From the IMG/VR virus record IMGVR_UViG_3300037483_001817: a DNA stretch of 42,685 nt, one strand, 5' to 3'. Shown here piece by piece: positions 27,084 to 36,669 of this stretch. Within the stretch, counting starts at the first letter, position 1, and each line of letters opens with the position of its first letter. The notes below the pieces were generated by a model. That model saw only the letters and a list, made by a program, of their open reading frames with translations, was not told the DNA's origin and did no database searches. The position numbers and the translations under genes were made by a program. Source of the DNA: an uncultured virus (IMG/VR IMGVR_UViG_3300037483_001817). Lineage: Duplodnaviria; Heunggongvirae; Uroviricota; Caudoviricetes.

Positions 27084-27398
27084 CTACTTCACAGCGGACG
27101 TGAGTTTTGCATTCTCGACCGTGAGCGTCGTGACCTGTTCGAGCAGGCTCATGTTCTGCTGGCTGAGCACACGGATCGTGCGTTCAAACAGCTCCGCGTT
27201 GCAGTGCATGAGCTTGTTCACGGGACTCAAGCGATCAGCTAGGGCCACGATGACACGTTGAATCTCGACGGCCATGTCTGGCGTTGACCGTTCCAGATGC
27301 CGACGTGCAGCAGCAACCTGTTCGTCAAGTTCCTGCGGCGTGAGTGGAGGTCTGGCAAGAAGCCACTGTGGGAGCGAACCGATCTGCCTTGCCGTCAT
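27084..27398 (-). CDS. hypothetical coiled-coil protein
   Basis: Heptad-like C-terminus LSQQNMSLLEQVTTLTVENAKL. Confidence 0.55.
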   Translation of the reverse strand: MTARQIGSLPQWLLARPPLTPQELDEQVAAARRHLERSTPDMAVEIQRVIVALADRLSPVNKLMHCNAELFERTIRVLSQQNMSLLEQVTTLTVENAKLTSAVK

Positions 27399-27467
27399 CG
27401 TGCGTCCGAGCCTACTACTCCCCAGCAGAACAAAACAGAACCGTAGACAGCGGCGGCGGTTAACAGG

Positions 27468-28619
27468 TTACCGCCAAAACTCGTCCGGCACTGCGCTATG
27501 CCCGAACGCCCACGACGGCCGACCTTCGACCTCGTTCCAGTTGACGTACGGCTCCTTGATCTTCTTCTCGAGGACGGTGATGTTGCTGGCGACGCCATCG
27601 ACCGCTTCGTTGAACGTCACACGGCCGATGCTCTCGTGAAACTCCTCGATGACCCGGGTGACGGTCTTGACGTGATGGAGGCCGCGGGTGTCGTGGAACA
27701 GCAGATGCCCGCCGATCCGTAGATGCGAGAAGCAGCGCAGCGCGAACGCCAGCCGAAGCTCAGCCGCGCCGTCGTTGAACACCAGATCGAACTGCTCGCC
27801 TGGCGTCGGATTCCACTGATCGTAACTCTGCATCGAGACGTGAGGCCGAACGCCCAGCCTCTGGAGGTTTCCCTCGGTCGTCGCGATCCACGCAGGATCG
27901 GTGTCCAAGCTCAAGAACCGCGTGCCAGAGGCGATCGACTGAGCAATGATCTGCGTGCTGCCACCGACACCGAATTCGAGGACCGCGCTCGCTCTCTGCG
28001 CGTACGTCTGTATCAGCCTGGCATCTTGCGAGCTGAGATCTCCGATGAACTTCGGAGGGAGCTCGCTCGCGAGGCGCTCCCCCTCGAACGTCCAACCAGA
28101 GACATCGATGAAGTTCGAAAAGACGGTGGTCCAGGGCAGACGGCGCTTGTACGTCGTGCGGTAGCGGAAGAGCCCACTGATCTGGTTGAAGTAGTCTTCG
28201 CTGTTCGTGTCGTGGGCCACGACAACCTGCGCGAGCTGCGCGAGCTGCCTGATGTCGACGATCCGCTGCTCGACAGGTGCGTGATCGACAAAGGCGATCG
28301 CGTAGGGCAGCTCATCGCCTTCGAGGGGTCGTACCGGGTCAAGTTCGCTCCACGAACGCATGTACCCAATCGCATGGTTGTTCGAGCGAAGATGCTCGAA
28401 CCGCTCGAACCACTCGCGGTCGCTCTCGAGCGTGACGATCCGCCTACCCGTCGCCAGCGAAACCTCATGCAAAGGCAGCGTACTGCCCTCACCAGCTCCC
28501 AGCTCCAAGACAATGCCGTCCGGGACGCGGAGCACCGCTTCACACAACACAGGGCGATGCGTCTCGTAGGAATTGCGGACACCAGCGAAAGCTGCACGGA
28601 TGATGCGTTCTGTATTCAC
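27468..28619 (-). CDS. tandem two-domain class I SAM methyltransferase
   Basis: Motif I twice (VLELGAGEGST, VLEFGVGGST), each followed by FVDH/FNDG and AHDT/FHDT. Confidence 0.8.
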   Translation of the reverse strand: MNTERIIRAAFAGVRNSYETHRPVLCEAVLRVPDGIVLELGAGEGSTLPLHEVSLATGRRIVTLESDREWFERFEHLRSNNHAIGYMRSWSELDPVRPLEGDELPYAIAFVDHAPVEQRIVDIRQLAQLAQVVVAHDTNSEDYFNQISGLFRYRTTYKRRLPWTTVFSNFIDVSGWTFEGERLASELPPKFIGDLSSQDARLIQTYAQRASAVLEFGVGGSTQIIAQSIASGTRFLSLDTDPAWIATTEGNLQRLGVRPHVSMQSYDQWNPTPGEQFDLVFNDGAAELRLAFALRCFSHLRIGGHLLFHDTRGLHHVKTVTRVIEEFHESIGRVTFNEAVDGVASNITVLEKKIKEPYVNWNEVEGRPSWAFGHSAVPDEFWR

Positions 28620-28683
28620 GTAAAATTCCTTCGTGGGCCACGGCGTTCGTTGAGTGCTTATCCGATTGTCCGGTTATCACCCA

Positions 28684-28926
28684 TCACAGCAACCCTGCCT
28701 TCTTAGCCACGTCGATCACGTTGTCCAGCATGTACTGCATTCGTTCGAGCGCTGCTTTCGTTGCGCGCTTGGCAGATGCGGGTGACTTCTTGGGGTCAGG
28801 CCAAGAATCCTTGTCGGTTCCAGAACAAATCTCGATTCCGGTGTCAGTCAAGATCCTTGCTTCAATGGTCGTATCGTTGTTCCCGACGTGGCTGGTCTCA
28901 AACTTCGTAACGATCTCGATCTTCAT
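28684..28926 (-). CDS. hypothetical protein
   Basis: GGGAG SD; ORF track. Confidence 0.5.
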   Translation of the reverse strand: MKIEIVTKFETSHVGNNDTTIEARILTDTGIEICSGTDKDSWPDPKKSPASAKRATKAALERMQYMLDNVIDVAKKAGLL

Positions 28927-28968
28927 GCTTCATGACTCCCTGGGCGACAATCGAATAAGCATGCTTCG

Positions 28969-29913
28969 TTACCGCAGGACAGTCTCCAACAGCGTCTTCA
29001 TTCGGTTCGTGTACGTGTGGTGCTGCCGAACGGCTTCGAACGTGCGATCCGCGTGCTCGCGGCGTTCTTGGTCATTAGCCAGGAAGTAGTCGATCTTCGA
29101 TTGCAGATCCACGAGGTCGCGCGGGCGATACGTGACGAGCCCCGGGATATCCAGGCCCTCGACAGCGGGATGAATGAGAAACCCGCCACGGCCCAGAGTC
29201 TCGGGGACGCGATCACTCCAGTACCTCGGGATCCCCGCGAAGCACGAGTCGCCAACGACCACCTTGACGCTCGCGTAGAGGTCGTTGAGCCGCCCCTCGC
29301 GGAACACACCTGTCGTGTCCCCGTTGAAACGTCGAAAACGTGCGCCGTAGGTTTGCTCGAGCCATCGGATCAGTTCGCCGCGGAACGGGTACTCGGGGTG
29401 GTAGTCCCGGGCACCGACGAAGGCTACGTCCGTCGCGAGCTCGGGGCGGGCCGTTCCACGAAAACAACCGCGCTCGACGACCGCTGCCGGCAGCCAGATG
29501 TGGTTGACACCGCGCGACGAAAACTCCTGCTGACGGCCACCATCGGCCGTGAAGACGTAGTCGGTCTTCCAGAAGGCATGGTCACCGACGCGATCTTGCC
29601 GCGCGTCGAGAGCGTTCAAGCCCCAGTATAGGTCCAAGTGAAAGCTGGCGGTCTTGATGTCGCGCTTGCGTAGCTTCTTGAACAGACGCTCCAGTGACAA
29701 CTCGCCGGGCGTTGTCCAGCCGTGCGTGTGCACGTACAGCAGCAACGCGGCGTGCTCACGCTTGCACGACTTGTAGATGTCCTCGGTCTTGTCACGGTTC
29801 TCCTGGAAGCGAAGCACGCGACGCCCCAGGTGCTCTAACGTCCAGGCCAGCTCTGACTCGGTGCTGTAGCTCTCGGAGTGGTTGCCAAGCAGTGCGACGG
29901 TTTGCTTACCCAT
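28969..29913 (-). CDS. GT-B glycosyltransferase (CgeB/Glyco_trans_1_2-like, phage type)
   Basis: DVAFVG, LNDLYASVKVVVGDS, YWSDRVPETLGRGGFLIHP, HTYTNR; GGAGG SD before ATG 29913. Confidence 0.85.
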   Translation of the reverse strand: MGKQTVALLGNHSESYSTESELAWTLEHLGRRVLRFQENRDKTEDIYKSCKREHAALLLYVHTHGWTTPGELSLERLFKKLRKRDIKTASFHLDLYWGLNALDARQDRVGDHAFWKTDYVFTADGGRQQEFSSRGVNHIWLPAAVVERGCFRGTARPELATDVAFVGARDYHPEYPFRGELIRWLEQTYGARFRRFNGDTTGVFREGRLNDLYASVKVVVGDSCFAGIPRYWSDRVPETLGRGGFLIHPAVEGLDIPGLVTYRPRDLVDLQSKIDYFLANDQERREHADRTFEAVRQHHTYTNRMKTLLETVLR

Positions 29914-30811
29914 TGACGACCTCCAAGATGCGAGCACGGAAGCTCGATCGCTCCTGCTCGAAGTGTGCGCGCGACGCACGAGAAATCTCCTGAATCCGCG
30001 TCGACGACAGCTTCGCTACGTGCCGAACACGATCGATCACGGCCTCGGCCGTGACCTCGTGCAACCGCGCCAGGCACATGTTTGCGCCCAGGGTCGTCGG
30101 CACGAGGAGATCCTTCGGCAACGACAGCTCGTTCATGGGCGGACCATCGCTCGTAACGACGACTGCACCCACACCCATCGCCTCGTGAATGTAGTGCCCA
30201 AAGCCTTCGTACTTGCTCGGACACAGATGGAACTGGCGGCTGTTCATGAGCTGCCGCAGCTTATCGTCAGACACGCGCTCGTACGCCTTCACGTGAGGCA
30301 ACTTCGATGCCTGTCGATAGTAGTACGGCGAGACGACCGTCAATCGGTACGGAAGCTTCTTCCATGCCTTGAGGATCGCCTCCGTGTTCTTGAGCTGGCT
30401 GTTGCCGGCCAGGTGCAAGAACCTCGGCTTGCGCTCGACGTCGGCCTGGTACAAATCGCGCGACATGAAGCCGACGTAGCACGCGCGATCGCCAGCGAGC
30501 TTTCGAAACAGCTCGTAGGCATGGTGGGTCTTGCACAAAACGCGCGTGACGGCAGGCAGCGCACGCTGGTACTCGTCGTGCCACCACTCGGGGTTCGGCA
30601 TGACCCAGTTCTCGGGCGAAGCACTGAAGACCGAGGGCACCACGGTCTCGAGGAACAGGTTCACGTCAGCCGGTGGACAGCGCGACGTATTCTGGAAATC
30701 GACGCCGGTCACGGCGTGCCCTGCGGGAATGAGTATGTCGCGAAGGATCTCGTACTCGCGCTGGAGCCCCACTCCGTTGGCGAGGTTGGTGATGATGTTG
30801 AAACGCGTCAT
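29906..30811 (-). CDS. GT-B glycosyltransferase (GT4/Glycos_transf_1-like)
   Basis: FLHLAG..KNT, CPSKYEGFGHYIHEAMGVGAVVVTSDGPPMNE. Confidence 0.85.
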   Translation of the reverse strand: MTRFNIITNLANGVGLQREYEILRDILIPAGHAVTGVDFQNTSRCPPADVNLFLETVVPSVFSASPENWVMPNPEWWHDEYQRALPAVTRVLCKTHHAYELFRKLAGDRACYVGFMSRDLYQADVERKPRFLHLAGNSQLKNTEAILKAWKKLPYRLTVVSPYYYRQASKLPHVKAYERVSDDKLRQLMNSRQFHLCPSKYEGFGHYIHEAMGVGAVVVTSDGPPMNELSLPKDLLVPTTLGANMCLARLHEVTAEAVIDRVRHVAKLSSTRIQEISRASRAHFEQERSSFRARILEVVNG

Positions 30812-31743
30812 GCGGGGTTACGAGCGTGATCCTCTAGTTCCTGCATGTCGATGTGCGCATCTCGAATCGGACTGTCGTCGTACCAGTCACGATAGTCGTA
30901 GCCCGGATCCGGTTTCGGAAACGACTGGCCACGCGAGAGCGTCTTGCGCAACGCCACGAGGTCAGGCGTGAACTCCGTGCGCGAGCGCTTGAAGAAACGT
31001 GTTTGTAGGGCCTGGCGCTTGTTGTTCGGCGCTTGTCCCTTGTCTTGCCGTGGGAAATGCACCGGATGCAGAAAGCCACGAGGGTCGTGGCGATCCTGCT
31101 CTACAGCCATCTCGGGAACGAAGTCGAGTCGATATCCTGCGTTGCTGAGCATCTGCCCGAATACGCAATCTTCAACACCGACGGGATCACAGCCCTCCTC
31201 GAACCCGTTGACCTTGAGCGCCCACTTGAGCGGCAGCCCTAGATTGCAGCCGTAGCTCCACGCCGGCAGACATTTCTTCTTCCCCTTCGGATGGGACTCG
31301 CGGCGATGGTCCATCGAGATCCCGCCGTTCCAATGCTTGGTGTAAGAACCGCAGAGCACCGCTTCGTGTTTCCTCTCCCCACGCCGAACCGCGTCGAGCC
31401 AACCCGAGCCGAGCTTGCAGCGATCGTCCAGGAAGCAAATGTACTCTGTCGTGCAGAGAGCGATGGCCGTGTTGCGTGCGTTCGCGTTGGCGAAGAAGTC
31501 GTGCGCTGTGATGCGCTGCTCCCCCTGCCAAAGGGTCGGTTTAGGCTTGGTCTGGACGAGCTTCTTTATCTCTTTGACCGGCCGGTAACCGATCGCGGTG
31601 GCCGGGCGACCAAGGGCGTCGACGACGATCAGCTCGATCTTGTCCTCCGATCGAGCCTGCTTTTCGATGCCGTCACAGAGCCACTCGAGATGAGGCTCCT
31701 CCCGCGCGGTGATATAGGCGACGGTGAACTTCATATCGATCAC
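30808..31743 (-). CDS. GT-A glycosyltransferase (GT2-like)
   Basis: ELIVVD, ANARNTAI, YICFLDD, VNGFEE, ED. Confidence 0.85.
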   Translation of the reverse strand: MIDMKFTVAYITAREEPHLEWLCDGIEKQARSEDKIELIVVDALGRPATAIGYRPVKEIKKLVQTKPKPTLWQGEQRITAHDFFANANARNTAIALCTTEYICFLDDRCKLGSGWLDAVRRGERKHEAVLCGSYTKHWNGGISMDHRRESHPKGKKKCLPAWSYGCNLGLPLKWALKVNGFEEGCDPVGVEDCVFGQMLSNAGYRLDFVPEMAVEQDRHDPRGFLHPVHFPRQDKGQAPNNKRQALQTRFFKRSRTEFTPDLVALRKTLSRGQSFPKPDPGYDYRDWYDDSPIRDAHIDMQELEDHARNPA

Positions 31744-32825
31744 CCGATCGGCTGAAGGATCTCCAGCACGGCCGACAGTGCCGTCTCACCCACGCAACAA
31801 TCCATGTCATCGACACCAAACGAAACCACGACACGCTCGCCGTCGATCGCCAACCCCGCGGCGAACTCGATCCCGTTGGGCACCAACTTCATGGGAACAC
31901 TTGCTGACTTCATACTGCCTCGCGAGTCGACCAAATACCAAACGTGCCAGTAATACTTCAATTTATCGACGAACTTCATCGCGTGGCCGACACCGAGCCA
32001 TGCGTCATCGCCCACACGCACGAGCTGCGTCCCACCGCGTAGACCTTCGTAGCTCCGTCCTCCCACGGTCAGATTCGCGCGGTCCCGTTCACGCTTCTTC
32101 TTGCGCTCGTCACGCGTTCGCTCCTCGCGCTCCTCTTCGGATTCCTGTGCGCGCTCCTGCGCTCGACGCACGGCCCGCTGTGGCGTCTCGAAGGTCCGGC
32201 GCGAGCGCGTCGACGGATGCACCAGCGCGTCCTCGTAACGAAGCTCGCCGCGCTCGTCGAACAGCATTCCTTTGTCGATCGCATAAAGGAAGCGAGGTTC
32301 TGCACAACGGTCGAACGGCACCCAGTTTTTTTGCGGTGCGTAGCTGAACGCCTCGCCCCGGATCGGACGGGCCTGCACGACATTGTATTCGGCGTCGAAC
32401 CAGAGCAGCACCTGCTCGGCGATCTGCTTTCTCCGGTCGTTCCGCTGAAGGTGGAGCGCCGCCGCTACCCCCTGGAGTCCGTCCTTGTCCGTCCAGAAGA
32501 GCCGAACATCCTCGTATCCCACGCTGCCCGCGCTCGCACGCGGCAGCTCGTCGCGCTCGCGCATCTTGTAGATCTCGACGGGTTTCCATGACCGCGGATC
32601 GAAGATGACCATCGCGTTCTTGGTCCGCGACTCACCCGGCTTCGCCTTGCTACTTCGGATCAACGTGCCACCAGGCATTGCGTAATCCGAACAGCGCAGC
32701 ACGCACCGCCAGAGCTGACCGTCGAAGTGAATCGACGGATTCATCGACCACATCTCTTTGTGCGGCCGAAAGGAGATGTCCGTGATCCTCCAAGGAATGA
32801 GTTCGTCGGCTCTCTTCACGTTCAC
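31740..32825 (-). CDS. GH130-like five-bladed beta-propeller protein, paralog A
   Basis: NPSI, YEDVRL, QKNWVPF, LRGGTQ, IEFAAG, SFGVDD. Confidence 0.7.
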   Translation of the reverse strand: MNVKRADELIPWRITDISFRPHKEMWSMNPSIHFDGQLWRCVLRCSDYAMPGGTLIRSSKAKPGESRTKNAMVIFDPRSWKPVEIYKMRERDELPRASAGSVGYEDVRLFWTDKDGLQGVAAALHLQRNDRRKQIAEQVLLWFDAEYNVVQARPIRGEAFSYAPQKNWVPFDRCAEPRFLYAIDKGMLFDERGELRYEDALVHPSTRSRRTFETPQRAVRRAQERAQESEEEREERTRDERKKKRERDRANLTVGGRSYEGLRGGTQLVRVGDDAWLGVGHAMKFVDKLKYYWHVWYLVDSRGSMKSASVPMKLVPNGIEFAAGLAIDGERVVVSFGVDDMDCCVGETALSAVLEILQPIG

Positions 32826-34120
32826 CCCCCGATCGGCCGCAACAGCTCCATGACCGCGGACAGCCGGGTCTCACCGAGGCGGCAATGCATGTCGTCGACA
32901 CCGAACGAAACAACGACACGATCACCATCGATCGCCATCCCGGCAGCAAACTCGATGCCCTCCGGCGCGAGCTTCATCGACTCGCTGGTGGCCGTCATCT
33001 TGCCGCCCGAGTCGACGCAATAAAACACGTGCCAGTAATACTTCTTGCCATCGACGAACTTCATCTCGTGGCCCACGCCGAGCCACGAGTCCTCGGCCAC
33101 GCGTACGAGCTGCGTCCCACCGCGGAGCCCGTTGTACTTCGGCAAGAGCATCCGACCCGAGCCCATGACTCGCGTGGAGTCGCTGCTGTGCCTTTGCGTG
33201 CCTCGCTGCTGCTGCGCAGAATGCGTCGCCGGTCGCGACGACGGCCGCGAGACCATCGCGTCGAGCTTGATCCGTCCACCGCGCACGATGCGAACGTCAC
33301 CGCCTCGAATCCGCGGCAGCTTGCGCTCCGGCGCCTTCGCACGCTTGCCCTGATCACGATCGCGCTGATCCTGGTCCTGGTTGTGCTGCGGCGGAGGCGG
33401 CGGCGGCGGCGGCTCGGGCAGAGGTCCTGCCTCAACATCACCCAGCGCGCTCGGCTCGCTCGGCGCCTCACGAACCCGCGCCGATGGGCTGACGCGTGCC
33501 TCGTCACCGTGCAATGTCCCGCGATCGCCGAACATCGTGCCCTTGTCGATCGAATACAAGAAACGAGGTTCCGTGCTGTGGTCGAACGGCACCCAATTCT
33601 TCTGGGGCGTGCCGCTCCACCCGTCGCCGCGGATCGGATGTGCGCCGACGATATCGTAGTTGTCGTCGAACGAAAGCAACACCTGCTCGGGCGGCTGGTG
33701 CTGCGGCTTCATCCCAGATGCAGCGGTGCGAGGCTCGCGATCACGCCTGAGGTGGAGCGCGGCGGCGATCCCTTGCAGTCCACCCTTGTCCGTCTTGAAC
33801 AGCCGCATGTCCTCGTAACCCACGTGAGGACACGACTCGCGGACCAGGCGGTCGTTCTCGTGCATCTTGAACACCTGAACAGCCTTCCACGATCTCGGAT
33901 CGAAGATGACCATCGCGTTCTTGGTCTGCTGCCCTGTCGACCGCGCGCTCTTGCTCCGAATCGTCGTACCGTCGGGCATCGCGTAGTCACAGCAGCGCAG
34001 AACGCAGCGCCAAGTGTCACCGTCAAAGTGAATCGACGGATTGAAGGACCAGTAACCGTCGTACGGACGAATCGAAATATCCGTGACCATCCACGGGATA
34101 ACGTCCTGGGCAGCCTTCAT
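32822..34120 (-). CDS. GH130-like five-bladed beta-propeller protein, paralog B (long low-complexity insert)
   Basis: Same motifs; poly-Pro/Arg-rich insertion. Confidence 0.7.
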   Translation of the reverse strand: MKAAQDVIPWMVTDISIRPYDGYWSFNPSIHFDGDTWRCVLRCCDYAMPDGTTIRSKSARSTGQQTKNAMVIFDPRSWKAVQVFKMHENDRLVRESCPHVGYEDMRLFKTDKGGLQGIAAALHLRRDREPRTAASGMKPQHQPPEQVLLSFDDNYDIVGAHPIRGDGWSGTPQKNWVPFDHSTEPRFLYSIDKGTMFGDRGTLHGDEARVSPSARVREAPSEPSALGDVEAGPLPEPPPPPPPPQHNQDQDQRDRDQGKRAKAPERKLPRIRGGDVRIVRGGRIKLDAMVSRPSSRPATHSAQQQRGTQRHSSDSTRVMGSGRMLLPKYNGLRGGTQLVRVAEDSWLGVGHEMKFVDGKKYYWHVFYCVDSGGKMTATSESMKLAPEGIEFAAGMAIDGDRVVVSFGVDDMHCRLGETRLSAVMELLRPIGG

Positions 34121-34283
34121 GGATGAGCTTGTTTTCTCACGAAATCGCTACAGCCCGCACGCCCTGAGATCCCTTGCACGCGGGAAGGAAGATCTCGCCC
34201 GGCGTACTGGATGCGCGGCAGGCGATCCTCTTGATCCACTTGCACGCTTGCGCGCCCCATCTTCACCGCGCTACGTTGATCTT

Positions 34284-34443
34284 GGCACCTACCGGGATGC
34301 CTGAGCCCCATCGACCAGCCGCACCCTGGTCGCTCCACGGGGGGATGAAGGGGATGACCCGCCGGGATGTGCTCTTGAATCTCTCTCTGCTCGAACGAGC
34401 GATCGGTGCGGGACAGCTCGAACGAGACGATGAGAGGTTTCAA
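34284..34443 (+). ncRNA. candidate structured cis-regulatory 5' leader
   Basis: TACGTT -10 at 34272; nested stems GGCAC/GTGCT, CCGG/CCGG, CCCC/GGGG, CGACCAG/CTGGTCG; TTGAATCTCTC can pair with GAGAGGTTTCAA covering the SD and the A of ATG (folded by eye). Confidence 0.5.
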
Positions 34444-36581
34444 TGAGCGACGACAAGAAGCGTGATCGTGCGTTGCAGCGCCGCGTGCGCGAACGCCAGG
34501 CCAAAACCGGCGAGAGCTATCAAACCGCGTGGCGACAGCTGACGGCTGACGCGACGCAGGATCCCTCCAGCAAGCCCGAAACTCCCAAGACCGCTCGCCG
34601 TGTCCCTTTACCAATGGGCACCGCCATCAAAGTCCTGCCTGGCCAAGTTGTGCTGATCACGGTGCGGCCTCAACTCAAGTCGTTTTGGCCCGAGCGTCTT
34701 TTAATCAAGAACGCTGATCGTTGGAACGTCAAGCGTCTCGCTGTCGAGCATCGGAACTCGTTACTTGAAGCTGGACCTCGTACGTCCACAACCTTCTCGC
34801 TAGACACGTGGCACCCACTCACTGCGCGAGAAGTTCACTGCGGCGAGGACGTCAGCGTAGAGGTGACTTACACCGGCCTCAACAAGGATGGCGAATCCTT
34901 CGAGGCCGCCTTGTTCGGCTGGGAGGGCGATCCTCCTGCAAAGTCAACGGATCGCGACAACGCGGATCGCTCGGAACGTGTTTCAGAACGCGCAGAATCT
35001 TCAAGCGTGCCTGGAGCGAACAGTCCAGTCATCGAGCTGCCGTTGATCGTCACGTCCCCTACTCTCTTCGTAGATCGCCTCACGATCACGGACGCGAAAG
35101 ACTGGATCGTGCATGACATCCGAACGCGCGGGAAATCAATCTTCGTGCAGAGTGGAGATCTGCCCGGGGAGATGTTCTCGGAGTCCGCACATGTAATCTT
35201 GGAGCCACTGACCGCGGATGACCGTGTCCTGGTCCTGGCGACCTATGTCGGAAAGGACACGACCGCACGTCTCGTGGTCACGCTATCGGGCACGACAGCG
35301 CCTCCGAACAGCCCACGCGTGTGCAGCTACTTCTTGCCAATGTCTACAGGCATTCCAATCTTGCCCGCACAAAGCGCGCAGATCACGGGTCGCCCCCAGT
35401 CGAACTTTCTGCCAGAGCGCCTGGTCATCGCTGACCCAGACGACTGGATCATCAACGACATCAAGGCAGGAATTCGCAGTCAGCTCGCCGCCGTTGGTGA
35501 CATTCCAGGCCAAGCTTTCTCTAGCCGCACCGTCGGCGGTCACGTGACGCTCGATCCCGTACGAAGAAGCCAGGACTTCATCGTAGTCGTGACGCGCGGA
35601 GAAGACTGCAAGAAGGGCGCAAGTTTCTTCTGTGGTGTTCAAGGACGTGTGTTGCAGCACAACGAGCACGAACGCCAAACAGAAACCGACGAGCAGCTAG
35701 TTACCGCGACCGAGATCAACGCTGAGGCTAACACCATCGCCCGACGCCTCGTCCTTCCGCTCCATCTTCCTCATGTGCCGCCGCACCAACCGACACGCGT
35801 GACTGCTCGTACGGACAACGCCATGGACATTCACAGCATTCACATATCGAGCGCCGGTACGAACGGTGGCGCCGCCGCTTGGGTCGTGAACGACATCGAG
35901 ATCGATGGTCGATCGCAGCTCACGCTCAAAGATCTGCCCGGCGCCTTGTTTGGGGGCAACGGCGTCGCGGCTGCGAAACACGCAACGGCCAAGCTTTCGC
36001 TGGAAGGCTTCGATCCCGTAGAGCGAAATCGCGAACTGGCCCTTATCGTGACCTATGTTGGTCCCAATCCTGAGGGGGCAGTCTTCTACGCCGCTGCCGT
36101 GGGCTTCAAGCCGCCGCAACGGCCCACCATTGTACCCATCGCATCAAAGTCTCCACTTCCACCGATAACGGAAGCAACGATCACGGCACGTATTCAAAAC
36201 GCGCCCTTCCAGATGACCAGGATCGAGATCGACGCCGGACACACCCCAGGTGGAGCGGCTGACTGGATCGTTAAAGATCTACGCATCAACGGGAGAACCC
36301 AATTCGCGCAGTCTGGTGACATCCCAGGAGATATGTTCGCGAGCAGCGCGATCGACACCTTCGTCAAGATGGAGGCTTGCGAAGCTGGCAATGCGATCGA
36401 GATTGACGTGACCTATATCGGGCTGAATGAAAGCGGCGCTATTTTTTCCGCACGGCTCGAAGGCGTCGTCACGCGAGGCGACTACAACGTCCCGCCACCA
36501 GACTTGAACGTGCTCGTTGAGACATCCGGTCAGGGTCCTGGAGAATTCGTCGTCGCGACATGCAACTGGCGCGCGCCGTAA
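34443..36581 (+). CDS. protein with short basic N-domain (RRVRERQAKTGESYQTAWRQL) and five tandem ~110-120 aa beta-sandwich repeats
   Basis: Recurring LP[ML]..IT.RPQ..F.PERL.I..DWIV.DI..G.SQ..GD[IL]PG..F..VTY.G..F...L.G. Confidence 0.8.
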   Translation: MSDDKKRDRALQRRVRERQAKTGESYQTAWRQLTADATQDPSSKPETPKTARRVPLPMGTAIKVLPGQVVLITVRPQLKSFWPERLLIKNADRWNVKRLAVEHRNSLLEAGPRTSTTFSLDTWHPLTAREVHCGEDVSVEVTYTGLNKDGESFEAALFGWEGDPPAKSTDRDNADRSERVSERAESSSVPGANSPVIELPLIVTSPTLFVDRLTITDAKDWIVHDIRTRGKSIFVQSGDLPGEMFSESAHVILEPLTADDRVLVLATYVGKDTTARLVVTLSGTTAPPNSPRVCSYFLPMSTGIPILPAQSAQITGRPQSNFLPERLVIADPDDWIINDIKAGIRSQLAAVGDIPGQAFSSRTVGGHVTLDPVRRSQDFIVVVTRGEDCKKGASFFCGVQGRVLQHNEHERQTETDEQLVTATEINAEANTIARRLVLPLHLPHVPPHQPTRVTARTDNAMDIHSIHISSAGTNGGAAAWVVNDIEIDGRSQLTLKDLPGALFGGNGVAAAKHATAKLSLEGFDPVERNRELALIVTYVGPNPEGAVFYAAAVGFKPPQRPTIVPIASKSPLPPITEATITARIQNAPFQMTRIEIDAGHTPGGAADWIVKDLRINGRTQFAQSGDIPGDMFASSAIDTFVKMEACEAGNAIEIDVTYIGLNESGAIFSARLEGVVTRGDYNVPPPDLNVLVETSGQGPGEFVVATCNWRAP

Positions 36582-36669
36582 CTTCACCCCGTTCACTGCC
36601 GTGTGCTTTGTCGAAAGCGTTACTTGAGTTCGCGAAGAGCCGGTAGCAGCAGCAAATGATCCAGCACGA

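Noticed and set aside
27723..34126. Long + strand ORFs (27723-28706, 29882-30829, 32885-34126)
   Set aside because: Antisense to clearly recognisable MTase, GT and propeller genes
34174..34446. 90-aa ORF upstream of the repeat protein
   Set aside because: Weak TTG start, not protein-like; better explained as promoter plus structured leader
34501..34513. CCAAAACCGGCGA resembling the collagen upstream motif
   Set aside because: Lies in coding sequence (AKTGE) and is explained by the protein motif
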